This document shows, in pieces, positions 23,814 to 37,762 of a stretch of DNA of 64,000 nt. The notes beneath the pieces were generated by a model. It did not search any database. It saw nothing but the letters and a program-made list of their open reading frames with translations, and was not told the origin of the DNA. Position 1 is the first letter of the stretch. Every line of letters starts with the position of its first letter. Origin of the DNA: Monocercomonoides exilis PA203 (taxonomy: Eukaryota > Protista > Preaxostyla). Made by a program: the position numbers and the translations under genes. The stretch is taken from assembly GCA_001643675.2 (NCBI GenBank), contig LSRY02000031.1, forward strand, positions 620,001 to 684,000. The letters run 5' to 3'.

Positions 23814-25622
23814 TGTTCCAATGTAATTATGGGTTCATGATCCCATATTTCTGAAAACAACCCATTATCTTTCCAAATATCAAAAAACATTATATCCTGC
23901 ACCATGTCCATTTTATGAACCCAATTCTCTGCTTTTATTTCCATTTTTCTGAATCGTTCAATTTTTATATTTATTCCAAGAAACTGCCACCTTCAATTGA
24001 TTTTTTCTTTTTTCTTCAATATTTTTGAATTTCATCTTTCCCAATAAATTCTGTTTGAATGAACTGCCTCATCCACTCAGCTCCTTTTGCATCTCTGGGC
24101 ATCTTCATCAAAATATTGGCTTTCATCTCGAATATCAATGCTTTCTTCACCTAATTTCAAATTTTCCTGAAAATACATATAAAGATATAAAAATATCAAA
24201 AAATAAAAAGAAATAAAAATAAAAATACCAAGAAATAATTCTGTATGCTCCAAAGCTGCACATTATTGCTTTTGCTTCATTCAGTAAAAATTGCTTCAAC
24301 TTTTCATCGTATCTCCAAAACAATATTTTTCCTGCAATTCTTTTCAGAGGAATTCTTTTTTCTTTTTTTCAAAAGAGAAATTGATTTTTGATTCAATATC
24401 CTCTGTTCTTTCTCTTTTCTGATTTTTCTTCATTTTCTACATCTTTTGACCCTCGTTTTGCTCTCTTCTATTTCATGTCAAATTTTTTCAAGCCTTCTTC
24501 TTCTTTGATGCATTCAATGTTTTCCATCAGAACTGTATTCAACTTTATTTTTCTTTTTTCTAGTTTATTTTCGAATAAATCTCGTTTCAGAGCATTCTCG
24601 ATTTGCAATCCAATGAAATTCTTCCTTTTTCAGATATTTTCTTACTCCTTCAAAAATTTCTCAATTCAGCCTTTTCTTGCCTTTAATGAACATTCACTAT
24701 TGTTTTTTGATGAATAAGAGGAGATTTGGTAATTGCCAATCGTGATTACTGCTCTTTTCCAAAAATAAGTTTTCTATATTCACATTTCCGCTATAGAACT
24801 GTTATGTTATTTACATCTTTATGCAATCGGAGAAGGATTTGAAGGTCTCTGTGATTAATGATCAAAATAATCCATTTTTTTGATGATTTAATAAAAATGC
24901 ATAAAATATAAATCTAAAATAATTTTCATAAAAGAAAACGTCAAACCTCAAATTCATTCTGCATTTCCGTTGTTTTTGTTCTTGGTCTGTTTTCTCTTCA
25001 GATTCGAGTCTGACAAAGCAATCATTTTTTTTGCATTTTCGGGCTAAATGCAGCATTTCTGAGGCAAATGAAATTTGTCTAAAAATAAACGAAAATAAAA
25101 GCAAACAGTAACGCAAAATATGACTTTTTCTCAGGAATCACTTGGAACGGCCTTGAATGAATCATTTTTCAAAAATATGCCATTTAGTTATTGATATCAT
25201 TAAGTTGGTGTAATAGCAGAGTTTCTGCAAAAATATTATTTCTTGAACAAAAGGGACAGTGAATAAAAACATTTGTGCAACATCTGTCTTCAAAATGAGT
25301 AATTTTCTGTTCATTTAAATAACTGAAACAAACTGGTGATTCCCTCTTCATCCATGTAAAAATGAAAAATAAATAAATGTTAGTCCAGGTTTCATCATGA
25401 AACAATCCTCAATATATTAAAAAAATGCAGGAAAACGGAAAAGAAAAAGTGCAGGATTTCTTATGTTATTATGGGGAATGACATATATTTTTAATTGTTT
25501 TTCTGTTATTTCCAACTTCAAAAAAATTCAACATATTTGTTAAGGATGAGTGATATCGGTATGATAAATCATTGTTATTGTTTGTTTGCAAAAAATAAAA
25601 TAAAATAAAATAAAATAAAATA

Positions 25623-26048
25623 CAGTCAAGCTCGGTTGTAATCACAATCCATTTTGCACGATTTTTTGTGATAATAACCGAACTTGATTATAACTGAAAC
25701 TGTTTTTTCATTGAAATTTTTTTCTGAAAAAATTTTTTAAGACGAAAAAAACAATTTTTTCAATATTTATCGAAATCCACACATTTGTTTCGATTTTTAA
25801 ATTTGCAATGTTTAAATGAAATTTTTGTTCATTATAAAGCAGAAAAAAACAACTTTCATTTTTTCAAAATTTTCAAAATAGACAGCAAAATATCCATTAA
25901 TTTTCAAAATTGTGATTATTCTCGATTTTGGTGTGATTATATCCGATGAAATTACACATAAAAAAATGCAAAATTTATTGATGCACGAAAAAATGTGATT
26001 ATTCGTGGTCTTGATTACAACATATGTGATTATAACCGAGTTTCACTG
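25623..26048. mobile_element. Non-autonomous pogo/Tigger-like (Tc1/mariner superfamily) MITE with TA target-site duplication
   Basis: TA|CAGTCAAGCTCGGTTGTAATCACA ... TGTGATTATAACCGAGTTTCACTG|TA; inserted in a (TAAAA)n tract; internal TGATTATAACCGA-like repeats. Confidence 0.85.
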
Positions 26049-28949
26049 TAAAATAAAATGAAAAAAAATAAAATAAAAAAATAAAATAAAAAATAAATAT
26101 AAAAAAAATAAATATAAAAAAATTAAAAAGATCCAAACAAATAGTAGTGTTTTCATTCTCTGAATTGGATATATCTTCAAATTGTCTCCTTTTTCTTCTT
26201 TTATTCTTTTTTTTCTGATCAGAAGTTAATAAACCTTCCTCTTCGAATATACGACTGATTTTATTTCTGTGAAACATAATTATCTGCATTTCTTTTTTTT
26301 TAAAGATATGGGTGATTTTTTTTGATATCATAAAAAATTCCGACGTTTGATCAAAAAAATTTTTCATTAAGGGTTGGGTTGATTAGAAAAAATTTTTGTA
26401 AAATAATGAGAAAATATAGTTCAACATATTATTATTATTAATTATTTGTTGATACATATTTGTTTTCAGTTGTTTTTGTAACTTATTTTGAAAAAAAAAA
26501 AAAAATTATTCGAAAATATCGAAACTGAAAAAAACAGAACAAAAAAAATGTTCTCTTGTATTATAAACATGAAAACAATAAAAACAATACGAAATCAATC
26601 AATTTTTTATATATTAATAAGTTTTATGATGTTATTGTAAAGAATTATTAATTTTTATTTTTAAGATCTTAAAACTTTTGTTTTAAAAAGAACAATTTTC
26701 AATAATAAACATTGAAAAATATGATGGAAACACATAATATTTGTAGAATAAACTATTGTTTATTGTTAATAATTGTTTTTAAATTAATAATTCTGGAAAT
26801 TAGTTATTCAAATTAATTGATCAAAGCTATTGAAAAAAAATACAAAGAAATTATGAATAAATAAATAGAAATACAAATATTTCTGTTTCAGATACAACAA
26901 AATGTTTTGATGAACAGCTGGCTTTATTTCTTAACTATTATCCACCTCTTAGGAATCGCCTTCATTGTTCACTGAGTCCCACTTTCATTGTTTCTCTTTC
27001 AGCTGATCCGCTTTTCGCTCGATGCTCCTTTTTAACACAAACTTCGCAATAACCCCTTTCATATGTGACTGCGGAGGCAGCAAAAAGGGAGTGGGTATCT
27101 GGATCATTGCACTTTCGCTTCAGCATCCTAGTTACAGTCATTTATCCTCATCAATTCTCCATCCACTTTTGCGAAACTCGCATTCCTCTTGCTATCATCC
27201 CTTTGAGGTGTTTAAGCTTCTCTCATTTGCTGTTTTCTACAAACCCAGAGCAGAATTCGTATTGAAATCTTCAAACTTCACAATCATTATGCTCTCATAA
27301 GTCTGGCGATATCCAGCTTGCTCTTGTCAGCGGTGTGAGCGAAGAGTTGCAATGTTGTGCATCAACTTCAACCTCACGCCTCCACTTTATCATCTTCTGC
27401 TGTTCCAAGCTGATATTCTGCTGACAAAATATATGCTTCTCTATCTGCCAGTTCGGCTCCGCGCTTGTCCACCTGGGACCCACATCCACAGCCGTCCTAC
27501 ACATCAACCACCAGAGTTGCCTTTCCAATATTCGAATTAAATCTGTTTAGAAAAATATTGTTCTTGATGGCTTTAACTCTGCCAGCTCGCTGATGTTCAT
27601 TTCTCAATTTCTGTCACATCTTTTCACATTATTCAAACTCTTTTGCACGGTCTTCCCTCTTCTCCATCCTTTTCGGATCTCTTGCTTTTATCTCCTGACT
27701 CTTTTCTCCAACAGAGATGCATCTGAACCTCAACTCCAAGCTCCATTGTTTTCGAAAAGAAAATCTGCCAGACAGCTTCTTTAGCATGTTCTACTCTCTT
27801 CGACGACCATTTTGCTGAACCAGCTCGTCATCAACACGCTTTATCATTTCAAAAAAAAACCCAACGGATCTCGCAAATTTTGCTGATACTCTGAAAAAGC
27901 TTTCCACATTTTGTGTATAACAGTGGTGCTTATATAATTGCACCTCGGCTTCACTTGAAGCCTGCTCGGTAAACAGAGAATATCCACAGTATTCACAAGG
28001 CTCTATCAACAACTGGTCAGAAATGAACATACGAGTAACCACATTTGAAACACAAAATTAAAAGGAATACATTCGCAAATTGGATTTTCTTCTTATCATT
28101 TTCCAGAGTAACACAGCAGTCACAGTCTTCTCAGTTAAAGGAAGCATGTGCCCCCAACAGCTGTTTGTTCGCCAATAACAAGGCAGCTGCAATCAGTTAT
28201 TGTTATCAAAATGGAAACAACATACAGTCATATGCCTGAATGTTCAACCTTTTTTCACTCTGATGGTTAACAGGAATTCCAGCTTTTTTCTTCATATGGC
28301 TCCTCATTTATAGATATGCCCTTCACTGCGTGGATGATCAGTGCCTTTCCCTTCTTTTCGTTGTTGATCTCTTTATAAATCAGGAAAAATCCACAGACAG
28401 AATGATTCAAATAAATAACAATTGCACCTTTCTCAGTAGTAGTATTACGTTCTGGCTCTTCTTCGTCTTCTGTTCCAGCTTCTCCCATTTTCCAGTTAAC
28501 TTCTTTCTTTTTTATCTCTTCAATTTTTTTCAATCCGATTTCCATTCATCATTCATTGTAAAAACAACTCTTTTCGTCTCTTTCTCTTAATACTCATCAT
28601 TAACTTATAAATCTTTTTCGCATTATTATCTGTTTCATTTCTTCAGAAATGAACATCATCTTCATTTCAATTATTATTTCTTGTGCACATGCGAAAAATA
28701 TAGAAATTCAATCAGTTCAAGTGAACGATGATGACGATGAAGGTGTGTGATATGTTTTTTCAGCACAAGAAGAAAAAGACGAAGAAGAAGAAGAAGCTAG
28801 CAAATTGAATAATGAAAAACAAATTCGCACTTTAACTTGGCATTTTCTCAGAATGTTTCAGTTCTTTTGAAATACAACTCTTTTCTTCATCTTTTTCTTT
28901 TGTTGTTCTTTCAAAAAAGATAAGTTTTCCGAATTGTCATCTTCTCCTT

Positions 28950-30480
28950 TTTCTGCAGTTGAAAATGTGCTTTTATTGTGAAACACATCTGCGAAGCTTT
29001 CAAATTGAACAGCCTGCCGATCAAAAGATAGATCATCTCAAATTAACAGCATCTTCATTACACAACAAAAAAATGCGATTCTGTATTCTCCCTCATCCAC
29101 ACATTCCTCTGCTTCGCTCCACTTTTGAAGTTTTATTCGCTTTCAATCTTTTTCTTCTTCCGATACGAGGCAAATGCCTTCCGCTTCTTCTCAGCCTGCT
29201 CCAGCGCCTTCTTCTGCTCGTCTTCGAACTTTGACCGCTTTTTCTTTGAGTTTTCTTTCTCTTCCTCTAGCAGCTCCTCTCTCTTCTTCACTGCCTCATT
29301 CTTCTGCATCTTCTCCATCTTCGGCTATATCGCTTTCTCCAACTCAATTCGTTCGATGTGGTTTGGAATAGCCGACAATTTTGGCTCAGGAAAGCACATT
29401 GACGAAGAAGGAACGGGATGCAATATTTAATTGGTGAAAGTTGGGGTATAGGTGGAAGATGGAGATATAGATAACTTTGAAAAAAGATGTGAAAGTGATG
29501 GTGATGAAGAATGTGAAGCATTATCAATATGATAGAAATCAGATGGAATTTGTGAGGATAGAGAAGAAGGTTATGATGATGATAAAGAAGAGGAGGAAGG
29601 AGAAGAAGAGAAGGATGCTGATCTAGTTGATTGGAGCGTTGACTGAAGAGTCTGATTTGGTCCATTTAACGTTGTGTTAATAGCATTTTGCTGATTAAAA
29701 GGCAAGCTTATAATTCTTTCTGCTTCTCTTTCTCTTTCTTCTCTCAGATTCTTTTCTTTTATTCGCCTCAATCTTTCGTCAAATTTCATTCTCGCCTTCG
29801 TTCATTGCTCCTTTCACTTCATTCCATCTTTCACTTTCTCCGCTATCCACTTGTCATCAAAAAGCGCAATGTGACATATAGATATCAGAATCAGTATTCT
29901 TTCTGGTGTCAGCAACGAATTTGGCGAAAGAAAAACTGTATTCTTTTTCTCCTCTTTCCTCCTCTTCATCCCTTCCAATGAAGCATGAATGCTGCTTTGT
30001 GGAGCCTTTGTGTGTTTGCTGGAACTTTGTGGAGAAATCAACGAAGAAATCTGAGGGGAAGATGAAGACGATTCCTGTGATTGAGAATTAGATGGGCTTA
30101 ATGCTTTGTTTGCAATTGTGTTCTTTGATCCGAAGGAATAATCTTCGTCTTCTTGGAACAGAACCATGTCATCCTTGCTGCATTTCTTCCTTTTCGCTGT
30201 CATTTTGTCTTTTCCTTTGGATCACTGAAAAACGTTTTGTTGCTCTGGAAAAAGAAGAAGAAGATGATGAAATCACTGAATACGTGTAACGAGCATGCCT
30301 GCCTTTCAACGAAGCTGACTTCTATGCTTCAGAATTGCTGCAATTCAGCTAGCTCAGCTCGCTTTTCCATCTCTCTTCTTCCTCTTTTTCTTCGACACAA
30401 AATTGCTCATTTCCTCTTTCATTTTTCCTCATTGCATTCTCCCCTACTGCTTCTGCTTCCTGCTTTTTAACAATTTAGCA
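28950..30480 (-). pseudogene. Degraded coiled-coil/low-complexity gene fragment
   Basis: Consecutive short minus-strand ORFs (29814-30203, 29571-29789, 29133-29318) with K/E-rich protein-like text separated by stops and frameshifts. Confidence 0.3.
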
Positions 30481-32369
30481 TTTGGGAGAAAATTTTTGAA
30501 AAAGCACCACAGATCAAAAAACATCACCCATTACAGTTAAAGAAATTCAATATTTTGAATGAAAATTTATTCAAACTCTTTATAATTAATCACAAATTGA
30601 CTTTTTTATCAGAATATGTCTTTAAAAAATTTTTTGATTTAAAAACATATTTGGATCAAAATGAATTTGTTTTAACCACTTGAATACGTTTTCTTCACTA
30701 AAAGAACGCTCAACAAAATAAGATAATTGAAGCGAAATACGTTACTGAAAATTTCCTTTGGATAAGAAGGATGAAAGTGCTTGAATTCGTATCAACACAA
30801 TGTCTTTATATCTCCAAGCTTTTGATGTCTTGAATTTGAGCAATATCAAACAAATCGCTTTAATTATAACATATTCAATCAAATCATTTTATCAGGAGTT
30901 AAATTATGGAATCCAAGAATATTTTCAGAGATTATTGCATTTTTTACGTGTTGCACAATTCTGAAGTGGAATTTAATCGAATGGTAATTATCTGCTGTTC
31001 TCTGTCATTAATGCGGGCAGCTGGAAACTTAAATGTCACAACAGATCTTTGCGTTTCTTGTCAAGATTCGATTTTCCTTTTTTATTTTCAAAACGGAACA
31101 GCATGCCATGAAATCTTGAGTATATTTCTCATAAAGAACAGTCGTCGTTCCTGTCTTGTTTTTTCTTCATATGGTCTGGCCAATGCAGTGCTGAGAGATC
31201 ACACTTTATGAATCTTACAGTTTTCTCATCGGACAATTTTTAATAATCAGAAAAGAGCAAAAGCTAACCAATTAATTACTATGCCTTGAATTTCATTTTA
31301 CGCAAAACTACAAAAAATTCTTTTTTCTTGTCAAAGGCATTCAGTCATTCGAAGTCAAAAAATGGAACTCCTTCATCTAATCATCAATGGATGCATTTGA
31401 ACAACCGTCTCTCATGATAATTAAAGGTCACTGGAACAGGAAAAAATAGACATGCGATTGTTGAATGTTACTCATGGAAATAGACGCTCTTCAAAATCAG
31501 AGTTTGCGTTAGCACAAAAAATAGTAATAATGGAACGTTGCAGATAACACACGAAAATCAGATAATAGCTTTTTCAGCAGTTTTGATGTTTTTATTATAT
31601 TCAAAAAGCAATTCATCACAAAGGTTTTTTTTTTATTTTCTTTCTCTTTTTTATTTTTAAGTTGCATTTATTGAGATTGTTAGAAGAATCTCCAGAATTC
31701 TGCTCCAAGGAAGAGAAAGAAGAACATACACATACACAGGAGCCTGGAAAAGTGGACAATGAACGAAGAGTCATTTTATTCATTGGAACAAACTATCGAA
31801 AATATGATGAACTGCAGTCGCAATGAAAGAACATGTGAAATGGGCTTGCGTTCGAAGCGAAAGAGATAAGTTGTCGTGAAAGGAAGAATTTTCGGAAGAC
31901 AATTAAGAGGTCTCTTCTCCCACAGAAGACACGGAATTTATTGAAAATCCAAATTTTCTTCAAGCAGAGCCACATAAAGATCTTATGCATTCGTCCACTG
32001 CGAATCTAGATAGCCTTGAAACGCTATATGCAAAGCAAATAATATCCCAAACATTTTTTCCCAGTGGTTGAAGAAAAGCAGTTATGCATTTTGCATCTCA
32101 CTGATCAACAGACAAAACATCTTTCTCGGTAAAAATGCTCCAATCGCTACAAACTCATCTTAAGGCTCTGTTTGCCAAACCGAGTATAAATGCAGTTATG
32201 CTTCAACTGAAGGCAAATGTCCGTTCTCATCCCTTTCTCTTCTCTTCTTTTCTCCAACTCTCCAAAAGCACATCGAACCTTCTACCTTTCTTCTCCTTCA
32301 ACACATTCATTTCGATCATTCATGACTTCATCATCTTCATCCTATTCCTCATCTTTTTCCTACTCTTCT

Positions 32370-33835
32370 CTAGTAGTGACCAGTCTCTCTTTCCACCCCA
32401 CCCCATCGTTCTGAGATTGCCATGATGAGCCGCATAAGAACAATGCACTGTCTACTCCACCGGATCTATCTCAACCGCTGTGCACAAATAGCTGCTGCTT
32501 CTGGTGCTTCACGTCCTTCTTCTTCTTTTTCCTCCATCTCGTTACGTGGATTGTTTCACAACAAATTCCTGACAGGGGAAGAGCTGCAGATGAGGAGGAT
32601 GAGGCAGCAATTCGGAAGAAGAAGGAAAAGACAATATTTTGTTCTCCCACCAGATGTGTTTGAGGCGCTGCAGCTGTTTGCAGAGTTTCGGATGGTGGAG
32701 CGGTATTCGGAGAATCTGGAGAAGAGGAAAGGAGAAAGAGAGGGAGCGAAGGAAAGAGAGAGAGAAGCAAGGAACGAGAGGAGAGAGGAGAGAAGAATAA
32801 GAGAAATGATTAAGATGAGGAAGGAGTTGAAGCCTGAAAATGATGTAAAGAATAATGATGATCAAAATGAAAATAAATTAAAAACAGAAGAAAACGAGAG
32901 TTTATCATTGATGAGAAGAAATTCTTTGAAGGAAACGAAGAAAAATGAAGAAAATGAAGTTTTTCATATAGCTCCATCTTCAGCCATGAAGACAGGAGAA
33001 GAAAGATGAGACACAAACAGAGATAAAAACTGCTTCGGCTGATGAAACTGCAGGAAATACAGAAAAAGAGGGATGAGAAAGAAGAGAAAGAGAGGAGGCG
33101 GAAGAAGAAAGAAGAGCGAGAGCGCAGGAAAATGGAGAAAATGGCGAAGAAGATAGAGGAAAAAGACAAGAATCTGTTTAGCAGCATCCAGGAAATATTA
33201 CAATCACACCTTGGGTCAGGCACACAGATCAACCAGAAAGAGAACAAAATGGCAAGCGATGTGCCACAAGAGGCGAAAGAAAGCCAAACGCCAATTTTGA
33301 CAAGAGAGCTGAAATCGGACAGCGAGCTGAATGATTTAGCAAATTCCGACATAGAATATTTGAGCGATGAACTGGATGTGCCTTGCCGTTATGAGCGTAT
33401 CAAAAGCGAGGAAAACGGGCAATTTGTGTGGAAGATGCGAAAAGTGCCTGTGTATGCGGCAGTCGACACGAGGCAGACGAGAACGTGGTTGAATCTGATG
33501 AGTGCGCTGAAGAGTGGGCTGAGGCAGAACAGTGCAGAATTGCGAAGAGGAAGCATAAGTGACTCACAGAAAGGGAAGGAAAGGAGAAGGGAAAGTTTCA
33601 CCTCTGTTGTTTCAGAAGGAGAAATGGATAAGAACCTTTTGTCAGAGCTGCATGCATGGGAAAAGAGATGAGCTGTCTTTCTCAAAGTTGGCGTCTGACT
33701 TCACATCTCAGAATTCAATGGTGATGGATCTGATGCAGAAACACCCTGCCCTCAATTTTGTTGCGCCTTTTGATTCATCTGCTGATTTTTTTTAACTGAA
33801 AATACAAATATTGATCTGCATCCTCTTTCTCACTG
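32370..33835 (+). pseudogene. Pseudogenised copy A of an unknown multi-copy gene
   Basis: Colinear with 44745-47030 (YLNRCAQ, YFV.PPDVFEAL.LFAEFRMVER, LSDELDVPCRY.RIKSEENGQFVWKM); frameshifts and stops. Confidence 0.6.
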
Positions 33836-36348
33836 CAAATTACTATTCATCATCTGCTTCTTCTCCTTTCATTCTCTTGAGATCTTTACCACCGCCACCG
33901 TAGATCATTCAATGAGCACATTACGCTTATGGCTTCAACATCTCATTCATCTTCGACAACAACTGCTTCTTCTGCTGAGAGAGAAGACATTGAGCTGGAG
34001 AGCTGAGTTCTGAATGCGTTCTTACAGTGTGTATGAAGGAGGTCAAAATGAAAGAAGAAGAAGAAGAGAAGAAGGTAAAGAATGATATAAAGGGATATGA
34101 TGGATTTGTAATAAAATTCTGTGAGTCTTTCGATTGAGAATGAAGCAAAGGTGAAATATCAATGTTCTCTGCAAGTCAAAGATTTACAGAATTTTGCGTA
34201 CCTATTAATCATCCGATTCTTATCACCGCATCCGAGTGCTGGAAGAAGAATGCGAAATCATTGACTTTGTTTGATAATGTCCAATCAAATGAAGTTTTTG
34301 CTCCACTTCCAAACACTTCTCCTCTTGCTCTGCTAGCGGCTTATTCAATCTATGAAGAATTTATTGCTTTCCCCGAAATATTTTCGATCTTTTTTTCGGT
34401 AATTCTCATAGACATTGGAACCCTATGAGCCACATCCTCACCATTGATTAAATATCTGACTCTTCACTATCTTCTTTTTTATCTTGTTTGGAGTGCTGGT
34501 CAGACTGTATCATTCGCACCGTCTCAACGCAGATGCTCATGAGGCAGCTCATCATTTGCTCCTCTTACAGACGTGTATGTTCAACGCAAGTGGAACGACG
34601 TGTTGTTGGAGATGATTAAAGTTGAGAAGAAGTAGATGAAGGAGAAAAATTCGACGAGGTGCATTTTATGTAAAGCACATGTGTTTCATAATGATGATAA
34701 AAAGCTGATTGTTTTTATAAAAAAAGTCGGATCTTGTGTGGATGCAACAACATTATCCGAAATAATATCATTACAAAGATAATTTCAAGATTTTCTTTCT
34801 TATTAACTTATTATTGTTAACTTTAAATAACTGTATTTTTCCAACACCTTTTTTAATCCAAGTTTCATTCTTTTAAAAAGATATTTCTTTTGTTATCAGA
34901 AATACATCCAATATTTTCTAGTCATTTGCAATAAAGTTCTATTGCAGATAATATTGCACTCTTTTGAATGAAGATAAGAAAAATTATTGGAAATAAAAAA
35001 TGTGAAGCTTATTGTTTCGATAAAGCATATTGAAATCAATTTTGTTTAAAATAAAAAGGAATTTTGTTGGTTTTTACATTGTGCAGTGAAATCAAAACAG
35101 CAATTCTTTTGATAGAGATGTGAAAGAAGAAAAACCAAGGTTAATTTGTTCGAATGATTTAGCTTTTTTTGATAAATTTTTCGTTGTTCATTGTATGATA
35201 AATGAAATCAAGGAAGTTACTGTCTGTAGATATTCATGAAAATAATGTAGAATAACACACAAAAGGAATAACAAAATTTTTTAATAATGATTATTGTGAT
35301 TTAAATCAAAAACATGATTTATTGTGGGACAGATCAGACTAAAAAAAAGTGATTTTTCAAAAATTTTCACCCATTTATATTCTTCATCTGAAACGACATT
35401 TCCTGACAATTGTTATTCTTTGAAGAATAAATAACAAAAGATGTTCTTCTTTTATCTTCTATCTCCAAATGGACCATTCAATCAACGATTCTTTTTGATG
35501 TTCCATCTTTTCCAATTTTGAAAAGAATTCTTATGTTCAATTCTTTTTTCACTTTCTCTTCCTCCTTCATAACCTTATGAGCTTAATAATGCTCCTCCCT
35601 CCTCTTGTCCAGCTTCTTTTCCATGTTCACCCTAATCTTCCCTCTCCTCTTCCTTTTCCTGCTCTGCGCTGCTTCAATCAATTTCAGCTTCATTTTCCTT
35701 TGTTTCTCAGTTGTAAGCGAAATGATTTTTGAATACTGGTTGAACAAAGATGTCTCCATACGCCTATACCCATTCCTTTTCATGCTCTTCCTTAAGGTCG
35801 TCCAACAGAATTCCATGTAGTTCTTAGAGAATTGTTTATGCTTTCGTCCACCATCTTTAAACTTGTGCTCTTTGAATTGAGACTTCTGCTTTTTTTTTTC
35901 ATTCTTTATTTATTCTCACCAATGAATATTATTTTCTTCTTGTCTGCCCTTCTTCACTCCACTCTTCTCCTTTGTTCTCTTGCGCTTTCTGCCTCTGCTC
36001 CTTATGGAACTCTTTCCACACTTTCTCTCTCCACTTCCTCGAAAAAATCATCTTGCTCATCTTCATTTCCCTCAATTTAGCTTTCATCTCTTCAAGATTC
36101 CTGTATAGCTTTATCCTTATTTCACGTGTATTCTTCCACTTTCTGCTCTTCTTCATTTATTTTTGTTCTGTGTGTGGAGCTTATCCAGTACTTAATACAG
36201 TTCTTTTCTTGACTTTTCTATCTTTCACACAATGCTTTTGTTCCGTGACATTTCATTTTTCCGATTCACTTCCTAATGAAAAAAGCAATTATATATATTG
36301 ATAATAATTTCATATCACACGGTAACAGCAATACAATAATTGATTTTT

Positions 36349-36949
36349 GAGTATTTTGCAAATTGATAATAAAAACAAACTTTGTCAAAAATGAACAACA
36401 GTTATCAAAGTCACATTGAATAGTATTTATGTTTGTATCAGCAAAAATTGTCTATGTGCCAAACAAAATAACCAGTTTCTAAATAAATAGGTCAAAATTC
36501 TTATATTAATGAAAAATAACAACGATTTGTTCCAAACCTTTTATACAGCTTTGTCATTACAAGTCAGACGTCCTCACATATTAAATATATAGAATGACTG
36601 AAAAAAAATAAGAAAAATCTTCGAAGACAGTGCATGGGAAACAATTCATTTCACACAACACTTCATCCCAAATAAAAAATATGTTAAAAAACAAATTATT
36701 ACCAACTTTTTCCACTAACAGATTTTCAAAAAAAAGCATCAGACATGTTTATTATCGTTATTTATTCACACTGAGCAAAATAGATCATGGTATTCTTAAT
36801 GGCGCCATTAATAATAATTTGTATTTTTTATGATCAAAAATTTCAAAAATTTTTCAAAATTTTTTATTTTTGTTTCATTTTATTTGTGAATATTATTGCT
36901 TTATTAATGCAAACATGTCATCAGAAATTAGTTTTGAATTTTTTATTGT
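36349..36949 (+). repeat. Left terminal inverted repeat
   Basis: Base-by-base reverse-complement match to 41947-42545; identical 67-aa spurious ORFs at 36630(+) and 42063(-). Confidence 0.92.
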
Positions 36950-37762
36950 TTGAATAAAGGAGAAAATATGTGTTTTTATTTTTCATTGAATTTTCATTTC
37001 AAATGAGAAAAATATCTTTGAAAAATAAAACACTTAAAAATTTTTTGTTTTTGAATGAACATGTTTATAATTATTGTTCTATTCAATGTATAACTGTTTT
37101 GATATCAATATCTTCATTGTTGAGTAACTACAACGGTTGATGTATATTCAGTGATGAGAAAAACATTAAAATAAATTCATTGCTAATTCGATAACAATCA
37201 TAAAACAAAATAACACACAAATAACAACAGCACTTCTTTGTATTAATCAGCTTAAATATAGAAAGCAACATATATGTTTCTTTTTTTGTTGCATCACTTT
37301 CAATGAAACATAATTCTATCACATCATCATGAAACAATTACCAAAAATCAACTAAATATCAACAATTTTGAACAATAAAAAATATAAGAAGAAATAGCAC
37401 AATTTCAACAAATTCGTGGTATCAAAGACAATTCAAAACACAAAAGAATACAAATACTTTAGGTGTAAAAACAAACTTGACTGTTAATCCTTTGTTTTCC
37501 ACCTACTCCACCCTTTCTGATATAACTCTTGTCCTAACTCAAAAAGATCAAATTCAACAGAGAAAAAAGGCAGACACAGTGATGAAACATCACTTCACAC
37601 CCTCAGCTATTCTCCTTTCCAAAAATCTAATCCAAAAATCATTGAAACACTTCACAACACCCATCAAAAAATGAATCTCTATTAAGATATACATATATTA
37701 ATTTCGGGACAATTACCAAGTGAAAATAGGGACATTATAGGGACAGAAACAGTGAGAAAACA

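Noticed and set aside
26950-28600. Coding-like fragments here, at 35580-36250 and at 43000-44500
   Set aside because: Interrupted by stops with no recognisable domain; a product cannot be assigned.
36630-36833. Identical 67 aa ORFs at 36630(+) and 42063(-)
   Set aside because: By-product of the TIR duplication; GTG start, AT-rich, no protein-like features.
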